64,000 nt of DNA from Qipengyuania sp. (lineage in GTDB: Bacteria; Pseudomonadota; Alphaproteobacteria; Sphingomonadales; Sphingomonadaceae), in contig OZ243959.1 in NCBI GenBank assembly GCA_965214525.1, forward strand, positions 1,531,013-1,595,012, read 5' to 3'. The notes under the pieces are model-generated. The model saw nothing but the letters and a program-made list of their open reading frames with translations, ran no database searches and was not told the DNA's origin. The first letter of the stretch is position 1; every line of letters starts with the position of its first letter. Of this stretch, positions 27,102 through 37,924 are shown piece by piece. A program made the translations under genes and the position numbers.

Positions 27102-28574
27102 TCACACCTTTGCGATCGCTACATCCCACGCAGCTTTCCGGCGCTGACGCTCTTCGTGCGGCATCGTCGCGTCGAACCGCGTTACCTTGGACGACATGGA
27201 CCGCGCGGCTTCCGGAAGAGTAGCGTAAATACCGGCGCCAACAGCCGCGAGCATGGCGGCACCCAATGCCGTCGTCTCGATATTGGCAGGTCGTTCCACC
27301 GGCAGATCGAGCATGTCGGCGATATCCTGCGCCATCCAGTCGTTTGCGCTCATGCCGCCATCGATCCGAAGTTTCTTCCACGTGGAACCGTCGGCCGCAA
27401 ACGCATTTGCCAGGCTAAGCGTCTGATGGGCCATCGCCTCCAGCGCGGCGCGTGCTATCTCCGCCTTGCCCGCGCCAAAGCTCAGCCCCCGGATGAGGCC
27501 GCGCGCCTCGGGCTGCCAATACGGTGCGCCCATGCCCGACCACGCAGGTACGATGACGACACCCCTGGTATCGGGTATAGAACGCGCCAAAGCCTCGGTT
27601 GTCGCGGCGGCGTCGATGATGCCCAGGCTGTCCCTAAGCCATTGCACCAGACTTCCTGCGGTGAAGATCGATCCTTCGAGGGCATAATGCCGCTCTGCGT
27701 GAAGCTGGTATAGCACCGTCGCCAGCAGCCGGTTGTCGGACGTGGGCGCTTGTGCCCCTGTATTTGTCAGGATGAACGCACCGGTGCCATAGGTCGCCTT
27801 GGTCTGCCCGCGCTCCAGGCAGTCTTGCCCGATCGTGGCAGCTTGCTGATCCCCGGCGATGCCTGCGATGGGGATTGGCGCACCGAACAATCCGGTGCTG
27901 GCTGTGCCTAACTCTCCAGCGCTATCGATGATTTGCGGCAAGGCCGATCGTGGTACGTCGAACAGGTCGCACAGCCCGCCGTCGAACGCGTGTCCGTCAA
28001 GCGGCAACAGGCAAGTGCGGGAGGCGTTGCTGGCATCCGTCACGAAAGCGCCGCCCGTCAGGTTGAACATCAGCCAGCTATCGACCGTTCCCATAGCAAG
28101 GTGCCTCGCTATCGAGGCATCGCGAACCGCAGGTTCGTTCTCCATCAGCCAGTTCATCTTCGTAGCCGAGAAATACGGGTCGAACAGCAACCCGGTCCGC
28201 CGTTGCACGTCGGGCTCCAGACCGGCCGCTCGCAACCTGTCGCACTGGTCAGCCGTTCGGCGATCCTGCCAGACGATCGCATTTGCCAAGGGCGCGCCCG
28301 TTCGCCTGTCCCAGGCGATCACCGTTTCCCGCTGATTGGCGATGCCTATCGCGCCGATGCGGTCCGCCCCGCCGGCCCGCTTTATCATTGCCCGCGCGCA
28401 GCTGATGGTCTTGTCCCGAATTTCTGCAGCATCCTGCTCCACCCACCCGGGCTTGGGGTGATGCTGTGTCAATGGCTCCTGCGTGCTGCCGACAGCCTGC
28501 CCTGCAGGCGTGAACAGCAAGGCGCGGGTGGACGTCGTGCCGGCGTCGAGGACCAGGATCGCGCGGTCGGACAT
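27102..28574 (-). CDS. glpK: Glycerol kinase (FGGY family)
   Basis: LDAGTTSTR, NQRET, WQDRRT, DPYFSATK, GDQQAA, TYGTG. Confidence 0.9.
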   Translation of the reverse strand: MSDRAILVLDAGTTSTRALLFTPAGQAVGSTQEPLTQHHPKPGWVEQDAAEIRDKTISCARAMIKRAGGADRIGAIGIANQRETVIAWDRRTGAPLANAIVWQDRRTADQCDRLRAAGLEPDVQRRTGLLFDPYFSATKMNWLMENEPAVRDASIARHLAMGTVDSWLMFNLTGGAFVTDASNASRTCLLPLDGHAFDGGLCDLFDVPRSALPQIIDSAGELGTASTGLFGAPIPIAGIAGDQQAATIGQDCLERGQTKATYGTGAFILTNTGAQAPTSDNRLLATVLYQLHAERHYALEGSIFTAGSLVQWLRDSLGIIDAAATTEALARSIPDTRGVVIVPAWSGMGAPYWQPEARGLIRGLSFGAGKAEIARAALEAMAHQTLSLANAFAADGSTWKKLRIDGGMSANDWMAQDIADMLDLPVERPANIETTALGAAMLAAVGAGIYATLPEAARSMSSKVTRFDATMPHEERQRRKAAWDVAIAKV

Positions 28575-28623
28575 CGTTTCTCCTTACCTGAAGGCAGATG
28601 ACATGGCCCGTTAAAGCCCCCAT

Positions 28624-29505
28624 ATGCAAGCGATGGTTGCACCCCCGCCCCGCCCCTGGCCAGTCGGACAGGCCGAACCTTGCGAACCGCTGGTACGGCG
28701 CGTACTTGCGCCCAACCCGTCTCCCTATACCTATACCGGCACGCAGACGTTCATCGTCGGCAACGGCGCCGATGTCGCGATCATCGATCCGGGTCCGGCC
28801 GATACGGAGCATCTTGCCGCCATCGTCGCGGCGATCGGCAAGGCGCGCTGTGCCGCCATCCTATGCAGCCATACCCATCGCGATCACTCGCCCGGCGCCC
28901 TGCCCTTGTCGCAGCAGACCGGTGCGCCGGTGATGGGGTGCGCGCCGCTGACCCTGAGCGATAGCGGACCGCGGGCGGACGCTTCGTTCGATACGACCTA
29001 CGCGCCTGTGCGGGTGATGAGCGAAGGCGAGCAGATGACGGGCATGGGCTGGACTTTGACCGCGCTGCATACGCCGGGACACACTTCGAACCATCTGTGC
29101 TTTGCCTTGGAAGAGACTTGCGCCCTGTTCACCGGCGATCATGTGATGGGCTGGTCGACCAGCGTTATCGTGCCACCGGACGGAGACATGGGAGATTACA
29201 TGACCAGCCTTGAAAAGCTGCAAGCGCGCGACGATCGCATCTACTACCCAGCGCACGGACCGGCCATCGACAACCCGCGACAGATCGTGCGCGGCATGAT
29301 CGGCCATCGGCGTCAGCGCGAGAACCAGATCCGACGCCTGCTGAGCGCGCAACCGCGCAGCGCGGCGGCTCTAATTCCGGAAATGTACAAGGGCTTGGAC
29401 GAACGGTTGGTTCCCGCGGCGGAAATGTCGGTAACAGCCCATCTGCTCGATCTCGCCAAACGCGGCGCTGCGCGACACGAAGGAGCCGTATGGCACGTGA
29501 ACTGA
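28624..29505 (+). CDS. MBL-fold metallo-hydrolase
   Basis: SHTHRDH, TPGHTSNH, TGDH, PAHG. Confidence 0.9.
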   Translation: MQAMVAPPPRPWPVGQAEPCEPLVRRVLAPNPSPYTYTGTQTFIVGNGADVAIIDPGPADTEHLAAIVAAIGKARCAAILCSHTHRDHSPGALPLSQQTGAPVMGCAPLTLSDSGPRADASFDTTYAPVRVMSEGEQMTGMGWTLTALHTPGHTSNHLCFALEETCALFTGDHVMGWSTSVIVPPDGDMGDYMTSLEKLQARDDRIYYPAHGPAIDNPRQIVRGMIGHRRQRENQIRRLLSAQPRSAAALIPEMYKGLDERLVPAAEMSVTAHLLDLAKRGAARHEGAVWHVN

Positions 29506-30191
29506 AAGACACAGGCTACGCGGAACAGTCGACATCCGCGCCGCCTGCCCGCGCGAACGGAACTTCGCTGGCGCGCCTGCAGGCGGTTCCCTGGCTGCTC
29601 GTCATCGTGCTGCTCGCCGCGGTGGCATGGCTAGCTTGGCGGGCATTCGGCGAGGAGGAGCTGGGCGATCCCATCGCGACCAGCCTGGTTGCTTTTGAAA
29701 AGCAGAACGCGCTGCAGGTGTTCAGCGCAGAGTTCGCACCGGTGGTGGCGAGCAACGACAGCCGCTTCTTTGGCGCCATCAAGAGCCGGCAGGTCGCAGT
29801 GATCCCGGCGCGAGTGACCTACACGCTCGATTTGTCGCAGGTGGATGCCAACCGGATGCAATGGAGCGCGGAGGACGAGACATTGTCGGTTTTGCTGCCC
29901 GCGCTCAGGATAGGCAAGCCGAACCTCGACGAAGCGCGCGCGCAGTATCTGCGCGAAGGCATCTGGATCAGCCGCGATGCCCAGGACAAGTTGACACGGG
30001 ACAACACCCGGCTGGCCGAACAGCAGGCGGTGCGCGGAGCGGCGAACCCGGTTCTGCTCAATCTCGCTCGCCAAGCGGCCAAGACTGCCATGACACAGAA
30101 CCTGTCGGTCGCGCTGGATGCAGCGGGCTATGACGATGTCACGATCGCGGTGCGTTTCGATGGAGAGCCGCGCCGGGTCACCGCACGATAG
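29490..30191 (+). CDS. DUF4230-like membrane-anchored protein
   Basis: Single N-terminal TM; IPARVTYTLDLS pattern; between MBL gene and nadA. Confidence 0.7.
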   Translation: MARELKDTGYAEQSTSAPPARANGTSLARLQAVPWLLVIVLLAAVAWLAWRAFGEEELGDPIATSLVAFEKQNALQVFSAEFAPVVASNDSRFFGAIKSRQVAVIPARVTYTLDLSQVDANRMQWSAEDETLSVLLPALRIGKPNLDEARAQYLREGIWISRDAQDKLTRDNTRLAEQQAVRGAANPVLLNLARQAAKTAMTQNLSVALDAAGYDDVTIAVRFDGEPRRVTAR

Positions 30192-30263
30192 CCAGCACTC
30201 CATCGGCTTCGCTTTTTACTGCCGGACGGGTATACCTACCGGCCAGCGTAACAGGGTAATTTC

Positions 30264-31250
30264 ATGACCATTCTTTCAAAGCCGCCTACCGGACAGGACC
30301 TGCTCGCGGAGATCGATCGCCTGCGCAAGGAACGCAATGCGGTGATACTGGCGCATTACTACCAGACCGCCGATATTCAGGAACTGGCCAATTTCGTCGG
30401 GGATAGCTTGCAATTGTCGCAGATGGCCGCGGAAACCGACGCGGACGTCATCGCATTTTGCGGTGTGAAATTCATGGCCGATACGGCGAAGATTTTGTCA
30501 CCGGAAAAGGTCGTCGTCCTGCCCGATATGGATGCCGGATGCAGCCTCGAAGACAGTTGCCCGCCCGACAAGTTCCGCGCCTTCCGCGAGAAACACCCCG
30601 ATCATATCGCGCTGACCTACATCAATTGCTCGACCGAGGTGAAGGCGCTTTCGGATGTCATCGTCACCTCGTCCAGCGCGGAAACGATCATCAGCCAGAT
30701 ACCGGCGGAGCAGAAGATCATCTTCGGACCCGACCGTCATCTCGGCGGCTATCTCAGCCGCAAGTTCAACCGCGAGATGTTGTTGTGGCCCGGCGTATGC
30801 ATCGTGCACGAGGCATTTAGCGAAACCGAACTGCTGAAGTTGAAGGAGCAGCATCCCGACGCGCCGATTGCGGCCCACCCGGAATGTCCGCCAACGATCG
30901 TCGATCATGCCGATTATGTCGGATCGACCAGCGGTATCCTGCAATATGCCGAGACGTTCCAGGGCGATACCCTGATCGTGGCGACCGAGCCGCATATCAT
31001 TCACCAGATGGAAAAGGCGCTGCCCAACAAGACCTTCATCGGCGCGCCGGGGGCCGATGGGAATTGTTCTTGCAATATCTGCCCGTACATGGCGCTCAAC
31101 ACGATGGAAAAGCTTTATAAGGCCCTCCGCGACTTGGAGCCCCGCATCGAGATCGAGGAAGGATTACGGTTGCGAGCCAAGCGCAGCCTCGATCGCATGC
31201 TTGAAATGGCCAGCGGAACGATCGGGCATGGCGATCTTGGCCGCATCTGA
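30264..31250 (+). CDS. nadA: Quinolinate synthase
   Basis: ILAHYYQ, FCGVKFMA, AGCSL, YINCS, AHPEC, CPYMALNT. Confidence 0.96.
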   Translation: MTILSKPPTGQDLLAEIDRLRKERNAVILAHYYQTADIQELANFVGDSLQLSQMAAETDADVIAFCGVKFMADTAKILSPEKVVVLPDMDAGCSLEDSCPPDKFRAFREKHPDHIALTYINCSTEVKALSDVIVTSSSAETIISQIPAEQKIIFGPDRHLGGYLSRKFNREMLLWPGVCIVHEAFSETELLKLKEQHPDAPIAAHPECPPTIVDHADYVGSTSGILQYAETFQGDTLIVATEPHIIHQMEKALPNKTFIGAPGADGNCSCNICPYMALNTMEKLYKALRDLEPRIEIEEGLRLRAKRSLDRMLEMASGTIGHGDLGRI

Positions 31251-31284
31251 ACGCTAGCAGCCACCTGCATTCCGGACCGCATCG

Positions 31285-32580
31285 ATGGAGGCAATGAACG
31301 GCACAGCCGGAATAAGGGGCTGGATCGCGCACCGGCTGTTCGCGAATTACTGGGTCGTGCCCCTGTTGGCGATCGTCACAGCGCCGGGGGCCGCCTATCT
31401 CACGCTGTACGGCGATAGTCACGGCGGGTCGCATTGGCTCCTGGAACGCGGGCTGACGCCCGTCGCCACGGCTGAAACCGCACGGGTCGTGACTTCGACG
31501 CTGCTGGCGGTCAACACCGCCCTCTACGTGCTTTACCTGTCGCTGGTCCTCCTCGTGCTGACGCTTGCCGCGGGCAATCTTGGCGTACGGCTGGTCGACC
31601 GCTGGCTCGACAAGAACATGATCAAGGTATCGATTGCCGGGCTGAGCTTCTCGGTCGTATTCACGGCCATTATCGCCGCCTCTATCGATGCGACCGCCCC
31701 GTTGGAGCTAACGCCCCTGATCAGCGTCGCCATGTGCCTAGTCCTGCTGGCGGTGAACCTGGGTATGCTGGGCGTCGCGTTGCAGGACCTTGCCCGCACG
31801 ATGCATGTCGATCGCGCGATCTCTTCCCTTGCGGACGATATCGACCTTGACCTTGGCATCGTATCTGTACGGCCGTTTGCCGGATCATGGGCGACCCAGA
31901 TGGGCTGCCCTCGGGAAGGATATATCGAAAGCCTGGACATCGAGCAGCTCGCCAAGACACTGAGGAGCCACGACGGCGCGGTTCGCGTATGCATTGCCCA
32001 AGGTCAGCATGTGCTGCGCGGAGAGCCGGCAGTCATGTTCGAGCATAAGGGGGCCGACCACGACGACGTGCTGCGGTGCGTCGTGATCGGCAATTACCGC
32101 AGCGATGCCCAGGGTGCTGTTTTCCGCATCCGCCTGCTGGTGGAAATCGGCATGAGAGCCCTGTCGCCATCGGTCAACGACCTTTACACAGCGCTTGCCT
32201 GCGCAGACCGTCTTGCCGACGCTCTTGATCGCAACATGGGATCCTACATCGATCCGGGCGAGACGGCTGCATTCGCAAGCGACCCTCGGATCGAGTTGGC
32301 TGGCCAGGGGTTAGCCGGTTTGTTCGACGTTCCGCTCAAAGGTTTTCGCCATGCCGCAGCCTCGCAGCCCATCATTATCATGCGCATGATCGAGAACTAC
32401 CGCAGGCTGATCGAACGCGCGGCGAGCCACGGCGATGGCGGTGCCGCGCAGTTCTTCTGCAATCACGCTCGCGATCTGGCGCACCAAGGGGCAACGCAGG
32501 CCACGCTGAACGCCGATCGCGAGGCTATCGAGCAGGCCTATGAAGAGGTCGAGCAAGCGATGCAGGGAATTGTGGCATGA
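31285..32580 (+). CDS. DUF2254 family membrane protein
   Basis: Multiple TMs; LVEIGMRALSPSVND motif. Confidence 0.8.
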   Translation: MEAMNGTAGIRGWIAHRLFANYWVVPLLAIVTAPGAAYLTLYGDSHGGSHWLLERGLTPVATAETARVVTSTLLAVNTALYVLYLSLVLLVLTLAAGNLGVRLVDRWLDKNMIKVSIAGLSFSVVFTAIIAASIDATAPLELTPLISVAMCLVLLAVNLGMLGVALQDLARTMHVDRAISSLADDIDLDLGIVSVRPFAGSWATQMGCPREGYIESLDIEQLAKTLRSHDGAVRVCIAQGQHVLRGEPAVMFEHKGADHDDVLRCVVIGNYRSDAQGAVFRIRLLVEIGMRALSPSVNDLYTALACADRLADALDRNMGSYIDPGETAAFASDPRIELAGQGLAGLFDVPLKGFRHAAASQPIIIMRMIENYRRLIERAASHGDGGAAQFFCNHARDLAHQGATQATLNADREAIEQAYEEVEQAMQGIVA

Positions 32581-33899
32581 CCGCTTGGGCGAAGACCGCC
32601 TGGCATTCGGTCAATGCGAGCTATTGGTTCTATCCTGCGCTGTTCGCGCTGGCTTCGGTGGGCTTGGCCACGTTCACGATCTATCTCGACCGGATCGGCT
32701 GGGGCCGTTGGCTGATCGACACACCTTACCTCTATCGCGCGCGTCCCGATGGCGCGAGCAACATGCTGACGGTGATCGCCGGATCGATGATCGGCGTCGC
32801 CTCCACCGTCTTTTCCATTACCATTGCCGCCGTTGCCTATGCCAGCGGGAATTACGGTCCGCGCCTGCTGACTAATTTCATGGAGGATCGCGGCAACCAG
32901 TTCAGCCTCGCCACCTTCATCGGCACCTTTGTCTACGCCATCATCGTGCTGCGCGTGGTGCGCTCCGAAGATGAGGTGGGGCCAGGCCTTGCCGATGCCA
33001 GTCTGGCCGAAGGGTTCGTTCCGCAAATATCGCTGCTGGTGGCTTTCATCCTTACCGGTATCGCGGTGGGCGTGCTGGTGTTCTTCCTCAACCACATCCC
33101 GGCCTCCATTCGGATCAATACCGTGCTGAAAGGCATTGGCGAGCGCCTCATCAAGGAGATCAAGCGCAAATTTCCCGACGCCGCGACCGGGCGGGTCGAG
33201 ATGCGCCGACCCACCGGGCGGCCCGTGGTTGCGAACGATGTCGGCTATGTCCAGCTCATCGAGTTCGAACGGCTGGACGGTATCGCGCGAGCCGCGGGGG
33301 GCACCTTGAAGCTTGGCGTGCGCACGGGTGACTTCGTGCATCCGGCCATGCCGATCGCCTACTGGTCGGATGATGACGAGCTTGACGACCTGCGCGATGA
33401 AAAGATCCGCTCGTGCCTCACCTTGGGGGGTATGCGCACGCCCGCCCAGGATCTTCACTTCCTGATCGATGAACTGGTCGAGATCGGGCTGCGTGCCCTG
33501 TCACCTGGTATCAACGATCCGTTTACCGCCATCACCGCCATGCACTGGCTCGGTGCCGCCATGGCGGAACTGGCAAAGCGCGATCTGGTGCGCAGTTTTG
33601 GCGATAGCAAGGATCCGGGGGAGGACCGCCTTGTCCTGCTCGACGATGATTTCGATCACTATGTCCAACGCGGGTTCGGCGCAATGCGATCCGCGGTGGC
33701 CAGCAGCCCCACGGCGGCGAAGGTCGCCTTCACGTCCATCACCAATGCCGGTTCGACCACGGACGATGCGACCCGGCTGGACGCCCTTCGGGTGGAGGCG
33801 GAACAGTTGATGCGGCAGGCGCGCGAGAACCTTAGCGGGCCCGATATCGAAATGGTCGAGGCGCGGTATTACGATCTGCAGCAGCGCGCCTTTCTCTAA
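32577..33899 (+). CDS. DUF2254 family membrane protein
   Basis: ASGNYGPRLL, RTPAQD, LVEIGLRALSPGINDPFTA. Confidence 0.85.
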   Translation: MTAWAKTAWHSVNASYWFYPALFALASVGLATFTIYLDRIGWGRWLIDTPYLYRARPDGASNMLTVIAGSMIGVASTVFSITIAAVAYASGNYGPRLLTNFMEDRGNQFSLATFIGTFVYAIIVLRVVRSEDEVGPGLADASLAEGFVPQISLLVAFILTGIAVGVLVFFLNHIPASIRINTVLKGIGERLIKEIKRKFPDAATGRVEMRRPTGRPVVANDVGYVQLIEFERLDGIARAAGGTLKLGVRTGDFVHPAMPIAYWSDDDELDDLRDEKIRSCLTLGGMRTPAQDLHFLIDELVEIGLRALSPGINDPFTAITAMHWLGAAMAELAKRDLVRSFGDSKDPGEDRLVLLDDDFDHYVQRGFGAMRSAVASSPTAAKVAFTSITNAGSTTDDATRLDALRVEAEQLMRQARENLSGPDIEMVEARYYDLQQRAFL

Positions 33900-34822
33900 G
33901 CTTCGTCGGGCGGCGGGACCGGGTTCGGCATGATCCGGCGCTCTGTTTGCTTTGCCAACAACAACGAACCGGCAAGCAACGCCATTCCGGCCAGATCGGC
34001 CAAGCCTAGCACCTCCGCGAACGCCAGCCATCCCACCAAGGCCGCGATGGCCGGCTGCGTAAGAAGCGCCAGGCCGATCACCAGCGGCGGGAAATGCTTG
34101 AGGCTGAAGACCAGCAATCCCTGGCCGACGAGCTGGCTCGACACGGCAAGCGCGATCACCGGCCACCAAGCGCCCGGGCCGGACGGCCAGACCGGCTCGC
34201 CGCGCAGCAGCGCTATCGCCAGCAATGTTGGCGCTCCGGCAAGGGTTACCCAGACGAGCAGGCTCCACGATCCGACCTTTCCGCGCGCGCCTTGCAGGAT
34301 GATGAGGTACCCGGCGTAGAACAGCCCTGCGAGCAGGCAGAACAGATCGCCCAGCAGGTACGTTACCGACAAGTCCAGCGATCGGCCGAGCAGGATGGCC
34401 GCCCCTCCAAGCGCCCCCAGAACCGCGAGCCACTCCTTACGATGAGGCCAGCGGCGCCACAGCACGAACCCCCATAGCATCAGGATAAGGCTGCCTGCAT
34501 TGCCGAACAATGTCGCATTGGCGAGCCGCGTCCATTCGATCCCGATATGCCAACTCGCAAGATCGAGAGCAAAAATGACGCCCCCCGCCATAACCAGCAA
34601 ATGTACGCGCGGGCCAAAGTTGAAAAGGGATTGTCTGGTCGCGAGCGCCAGCACGACGAGCACCGGCCAAGCAAGCGCCAGCCGCCAGAAGCCGGCCGCG
34701 ACCGGACCGGTATCCGCCAGTCGAACGAACCACGGGCCCAGCGCCAAGGCCGCGTTCCCGCCCAGCAAAGCGGCAAATTGCCATGCACCCCCGGCGTAGC
34801 CATTCTTTGTTGTATCGTGCAC
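33896..34822 (-). CDS. DMT/EamA family transporter
   Basis: About 10 TM segments in two EamA-like halves. Confidence 0.85.
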   Translation of the reverse strand: MHDTTKNGYAGGAWQFAALLGGNAALALGPWFVRLADTGPVAAGFWRLALAWPVLVVLALATRQSLFNFGPRVHLLVMAGGVIFALDLASWHIGIEWTRLANATLFGNAGSLILMLWGFVLWRRWPHRKEWLAVLGALGGAAILLGRSLDLSVTYLLGDLFCLLAGLFYAGYLIILQGARGKVGSWSLLVWVTLAGAPTLLAIALLRGEPVWPSGPGAWWPVIALAVSSQLVGQGLLVFSLKHFPPLVIGLALLTQPAIAALVGWLAFAEVLGLADLAGMALLAGSLLLAKQTERRIMPNPVPPPDEA

Positions 34823-34874
34823 CTGCCGCCCTTAGCTGCCCGGCGAGACAAACTTCAGCATAAAAGGCCATTGC

Positions 34875-35993
34875 ATGACCGATCCCCTGTTCCAGCCGTT
34901 GCAGATAGGCGCATTGACGGCGCGCAACCGCATCCTGATGGCACCGTTGACGCGGGGCCGCGCAACCGTGCCCGGCTCCATTCCGAACGATTTGATGGCG
35001 ACCTATTACCGTCAGCGCGCTGGCGCGGGTCTTATCATATCGGAGGCGACCGGCATCAGCCGCGAAGGGCTCGGCTGGCCGGCGGCGCCGGGCATCTGGA
35101 GCGAAGCCCAGGTTGAAGGGTGGAAGCCGGTGACCAAGGCCGTGCATGACGAAGGCGGCCTGATCGTCTTGCAGATGTGGCACATGGGTCGGCTCGTCCA
35201 TCCCGACTTTCTGGACGGAGCAGCCCCCGTATCAGCCAGCGCGACCTGCGCACCGGGGCATGCCCATACGCCCACAGGGCGCAAGGATTACGAACCGGCG
35301 CGCGCCTTGGCCAAGGCAGACATTGCCCGGGTGGTCGAGGATTACCGCAAGGCTGCCCAGAATGCGAAGGCGGCCGGGTTCGATGGGGTACAATTGCACG
35401 GCGCGAACGGCTATCTGGTCGACCAGTTCCTGCGTGACGGCACCAATCGGCGCGACGATGAATATGGCGGTTCACCCCAGAACCGCACGCGGTTCCTGCG
35501 TGAAGTGCTGACCGCGCTGATCGACGTCTGGGGAGCGGATCGGGTCGGCGTGCGCCTTTCCCCCAACGGCGAGACGCAAGGATGCGATGACAGCGATCCT
35601 TCGGCGATTTTCGGCGAAGCGGCGCGGCTGATCGAGGAGTTGGGCGTGGCTTTTCTCGAATTGCGGGAACCGGGACCGGACGGGACGTTCGGAAATACCG
35701 ATGTGCCCAAGCAATCGCCGGTCATTCGTCAGGCCTATTCCGGACCGCTGGTGTTGAACTCGGACTACGATGCCCAATCCGCCCGCGCCGATATCGAGGC
35801 GGGTCGGTGCGAGGCAATTGCCTTTGGCCGCCCGTTTATCTCCAACCCCGACCTGCCGGAGCGCATCAGGTCAGGCGAGGATTGGGCACCGAACAAGAAC
35901 GTGCCGCAAAGCTGGTATCTGCCGGGACCAGAAGGGTATACCGACTACCCTGTTGCCAGCGAACAAACATCGGACAGACAGGCCACCGGCTGA
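34875..35993 (+). CDS. Old yellow enzyme / alkene reductase (NemA-like)
   Basis: MAPLTRGRA, QLHGANGYLVDQF, FGRPFISNPDL, GYTDYP. Confidence 0.93.
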   Translation: MTDPLFQPLQIGALTARNRILMAPLTRGRATVPGSIPNDLMATYYRQRAGAGLIISEATGISREGLGWPAAPGIWSEAQVEGWKPVTKAVHDEGGLIVLQMWHMGRLVHPDFLDGAAPVSASATCAPGHAHTPTGRKDYEPARALAKADIARVVEDYRKAAQNAKAAGFDGVQLHGANGYLVDQFLRDGTNRRDDEYGGSPQNRTRFLREVLTALIDVWGADRVGVRLSPNGETQGCDDSDPSAIFGEAARLIEELGVAFLELREPGPDGTFGNTDVPKQSPVIRQAYSGPLVLNSDYDAQSARADIEAGRCEAIAFGRPFISNPDLPERIRSGEDWAPNKNVPQSWYLPGPEGYTDYPVASEQTSDRQATG

Positions 35994-36021
35994 ACCGCCG
36001 GCATGGCCTTTGCGAAACGGG

Positions 36022-36360
36022 CTACTGATCTTCTGTCGTCATCTCGCTCGGGCTTTCCTCGGCTTCCGCCCCATCCGCATTCGCCCCCCCTACGGGCAGG
36101 GCAGGTGCGGGCGCGGGAGGGCTCGATGAGGTACCTTCGGCGAGAGACGCTCCGCCTGCCCCCGCAGCGGGCGTATCGGACGCTCCCGCCCCGATTTCCT
36201 CGAACGGCAGCATGTGATCGCTGATCGTGCCTTCGATGACCTGCGTCGGCTCCGCATTCATGTCCGCATCGTCGGCGGCGCGATCATCGCCGCCGCCGCA
36301 TGCGGACAAAAGCGCGAACACCGGTAACAGCAGCTGGGCCTTGTAGGCGGTATTGGTCAA
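36022..36360 (-). CDS. Hypothetical lipoprotein
   Basis: TTG start overlapping lipB stop; lipobox LLSAC-GG; acidic low-complexity tail. Confidence 0.7.
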   Translation of the reverse strand: MTNTAYKAQLLLPVFALLSACGGGDDRAADDADMNAEPTQVIEGTISDHMLPFEEIGAGASDTPAAGAGGASLAEGTSSSPPAPAPALPVGGANADGAEAEESPSEMTTEDQ

Positions 36361-37025
36361 GGCAATCGTCCTTCTCCGTTCGCGATCGTAGCCAGAAAAT
36401 CGGCCAGCCGGCGATGTTGGGCCGCATCGAAGCGCGCCATGTCGACGTCCAATCCCAAATCCTTGCAACTGGTCACTCCGTATTCGTCGATCCCGCAAGG
36501 CACGATCCCGGTGAAGTGGTCAAGATCGGGCGCGATGTTGACCGAAAAACCGTGCATGGTCACCCACCGCCGCACGCGCACGCCGATGGCACCGATCTTG
36601 GCCTCGCGGCCCGAGGCAAGCCTGGTCCAGATGCCGACCCTTCCGGCCGCGCGCCAGGTCTCCAACCCCAGATCGCCCAGCGTCGCGATAATCCATCCTT
36701 CCAAAGCATGGACGAACCGGCGGACGTCGCGTCCGCGCCTGCCAAGGTCTATCATTACATAACCTACCCGTTGACCCGGTCCGTGATAGGTATGGCGCCC
36801 GCCGCGGCCCACGCTGATGACATCGAACCGCGGATCGAGCAATTCCTTATCGGAGGCGCTGGTGCCCGCGGTGTAAACCGGCGGATGTTCCAGCAACCAG
36901 ATTAGCTCGCGCGCGTCACCGCGCTGGATCGCGCGATTGCGTTCGTCCATCACCTGCAAGGCCCGACGATAGGGTATGAGTTCGTTTGCGATCCGCCACT
37001 CGATATCGTCGGACAATTGTGCCAT
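36357..37025 (-). CDS. lipB: Lipoyl(octanoyl) transferase
   Basis: [34 protein letters not shown]. Confidence 0.96.
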   Translation of the reverse strand: MAQLSDDIEWRIANELIPYRRALQVMDERNRAIQRGDARELIWLLEHPPVYTAGTSASDKELLDPRFDVISVGRGGRHTYHGPGQRVGYVMIDLGRRGRDVRRFVHALEGWIIATLGDLGLETWRAAGRVGIWTRLASGREAKIGAIGVRVRRWVTMHGFSVNIAPDLDHFTGIVPCGIDEYGVTSCKDLGLDVDMARFDAAQHRRLADFLATIANGEGRLP

Positions 37026-37093
37026 GCGCGTTGCGTGGCGGCAAACCCGCCGGTTATCAAGCGTGCGAACACGCTGACAACAGGACAGTCTTG

Positions 37094-37924
37094 ATGAAAT
37101 TCGATATGAACCGGGCCTGGGAAGAAGGCGTCCGCCTTTTGCGAACCAATCGCGAACTGGTGCTGGTACTGGCCGGGCTATTTCTCTTCCTCCCGCCCTT
37201 TGCGCTCGGGATTTTCGCTCCTGAAACGTTGAGTGCTCCGGCCATTGAAAACACCGAAACGGCCCAGGCTGAGTTGATGGCGTTCGTCTCCCGCAACGGC
37301 GTGGGACTGCTGATCGTGCAGATCTTGCAGGCGCTCGGCTTCCTGAGCCTGTTGGCGCTGTTCGCCCGCCGTCGCCCGACCGTGGGGCAGGCCATCAAGA
37401 CGGGCGCAATTGAATTGCTCCCCCTGATTGCCGCGCAGGTATTCGTGACGATAACTCTGGTCGCACTTGGCGGAATGGCCGTCGCAGCAGTCGCAGCCGC
37501 CGCGGGCCAAGGCGCAGCCTTCATTGTCGTGCTGATCGTACTGGCCACCGCACTGATCGTTCTGGCGCGGCTGGTTGCGCTCGCGCCTCTGCTGGTGTTC
37601 GAGCAACGTCTCAACCCGTTTGCGGCGATGGTCGATTCCTGGCGCCTGACCAAGGGCCATGGCCGTCGCATCTTCATGTTCCTGCTGCTTGTCGGGATTG
37701 CCCTCACCATCGTGTCGTTGCTGGTCGGTGGTCTTATCGCGCTGCTGACTGCCCTGATCGGCAACGCCGAGGTAGCCAACCTTCTGAGCAGCGCATTGAG
37801 CGCTCTGTTCGGAGCGGTCTGGCTCAGCTTGATCGTTGCGCTGCTGGCGGCGATCTTCAGTCAATTGACCAGCGGTCGTTCCGACATCTCGCAGCTTGGC
37901 AACCGCAAGGACACATCGGGCTAG
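37094..37924 (+). CDS. Multi-pass membrane protein (GDPD membrane-domain-like)
   Basis: About 6 TM; SWRLTKGH motif. Confidence 0.75.
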   Translation: MKFDMNRAWEEGVRLLRTNRELVLVLAGLFLFLPPFALGIFAPETLSAPAIENTETAQAELMAFVSRNGVGLLIVQILQALGFLSLLALFARRRPTVGQAIKTGAIELLPLIAAQVFVTITLVALGGMAVAAVAAAAGQGAAFIVVLIVLATALIVLARLVALAPLLVFEQRLNPFAAMVDSWRLTKGHGRRIFMFLLLVGIALTIVSLLVGGLIALLTALIGNAEVANLLSSALSALFGAVWLSLIVALLAAIFSQLTSGRSDISQLGNRKDTSG

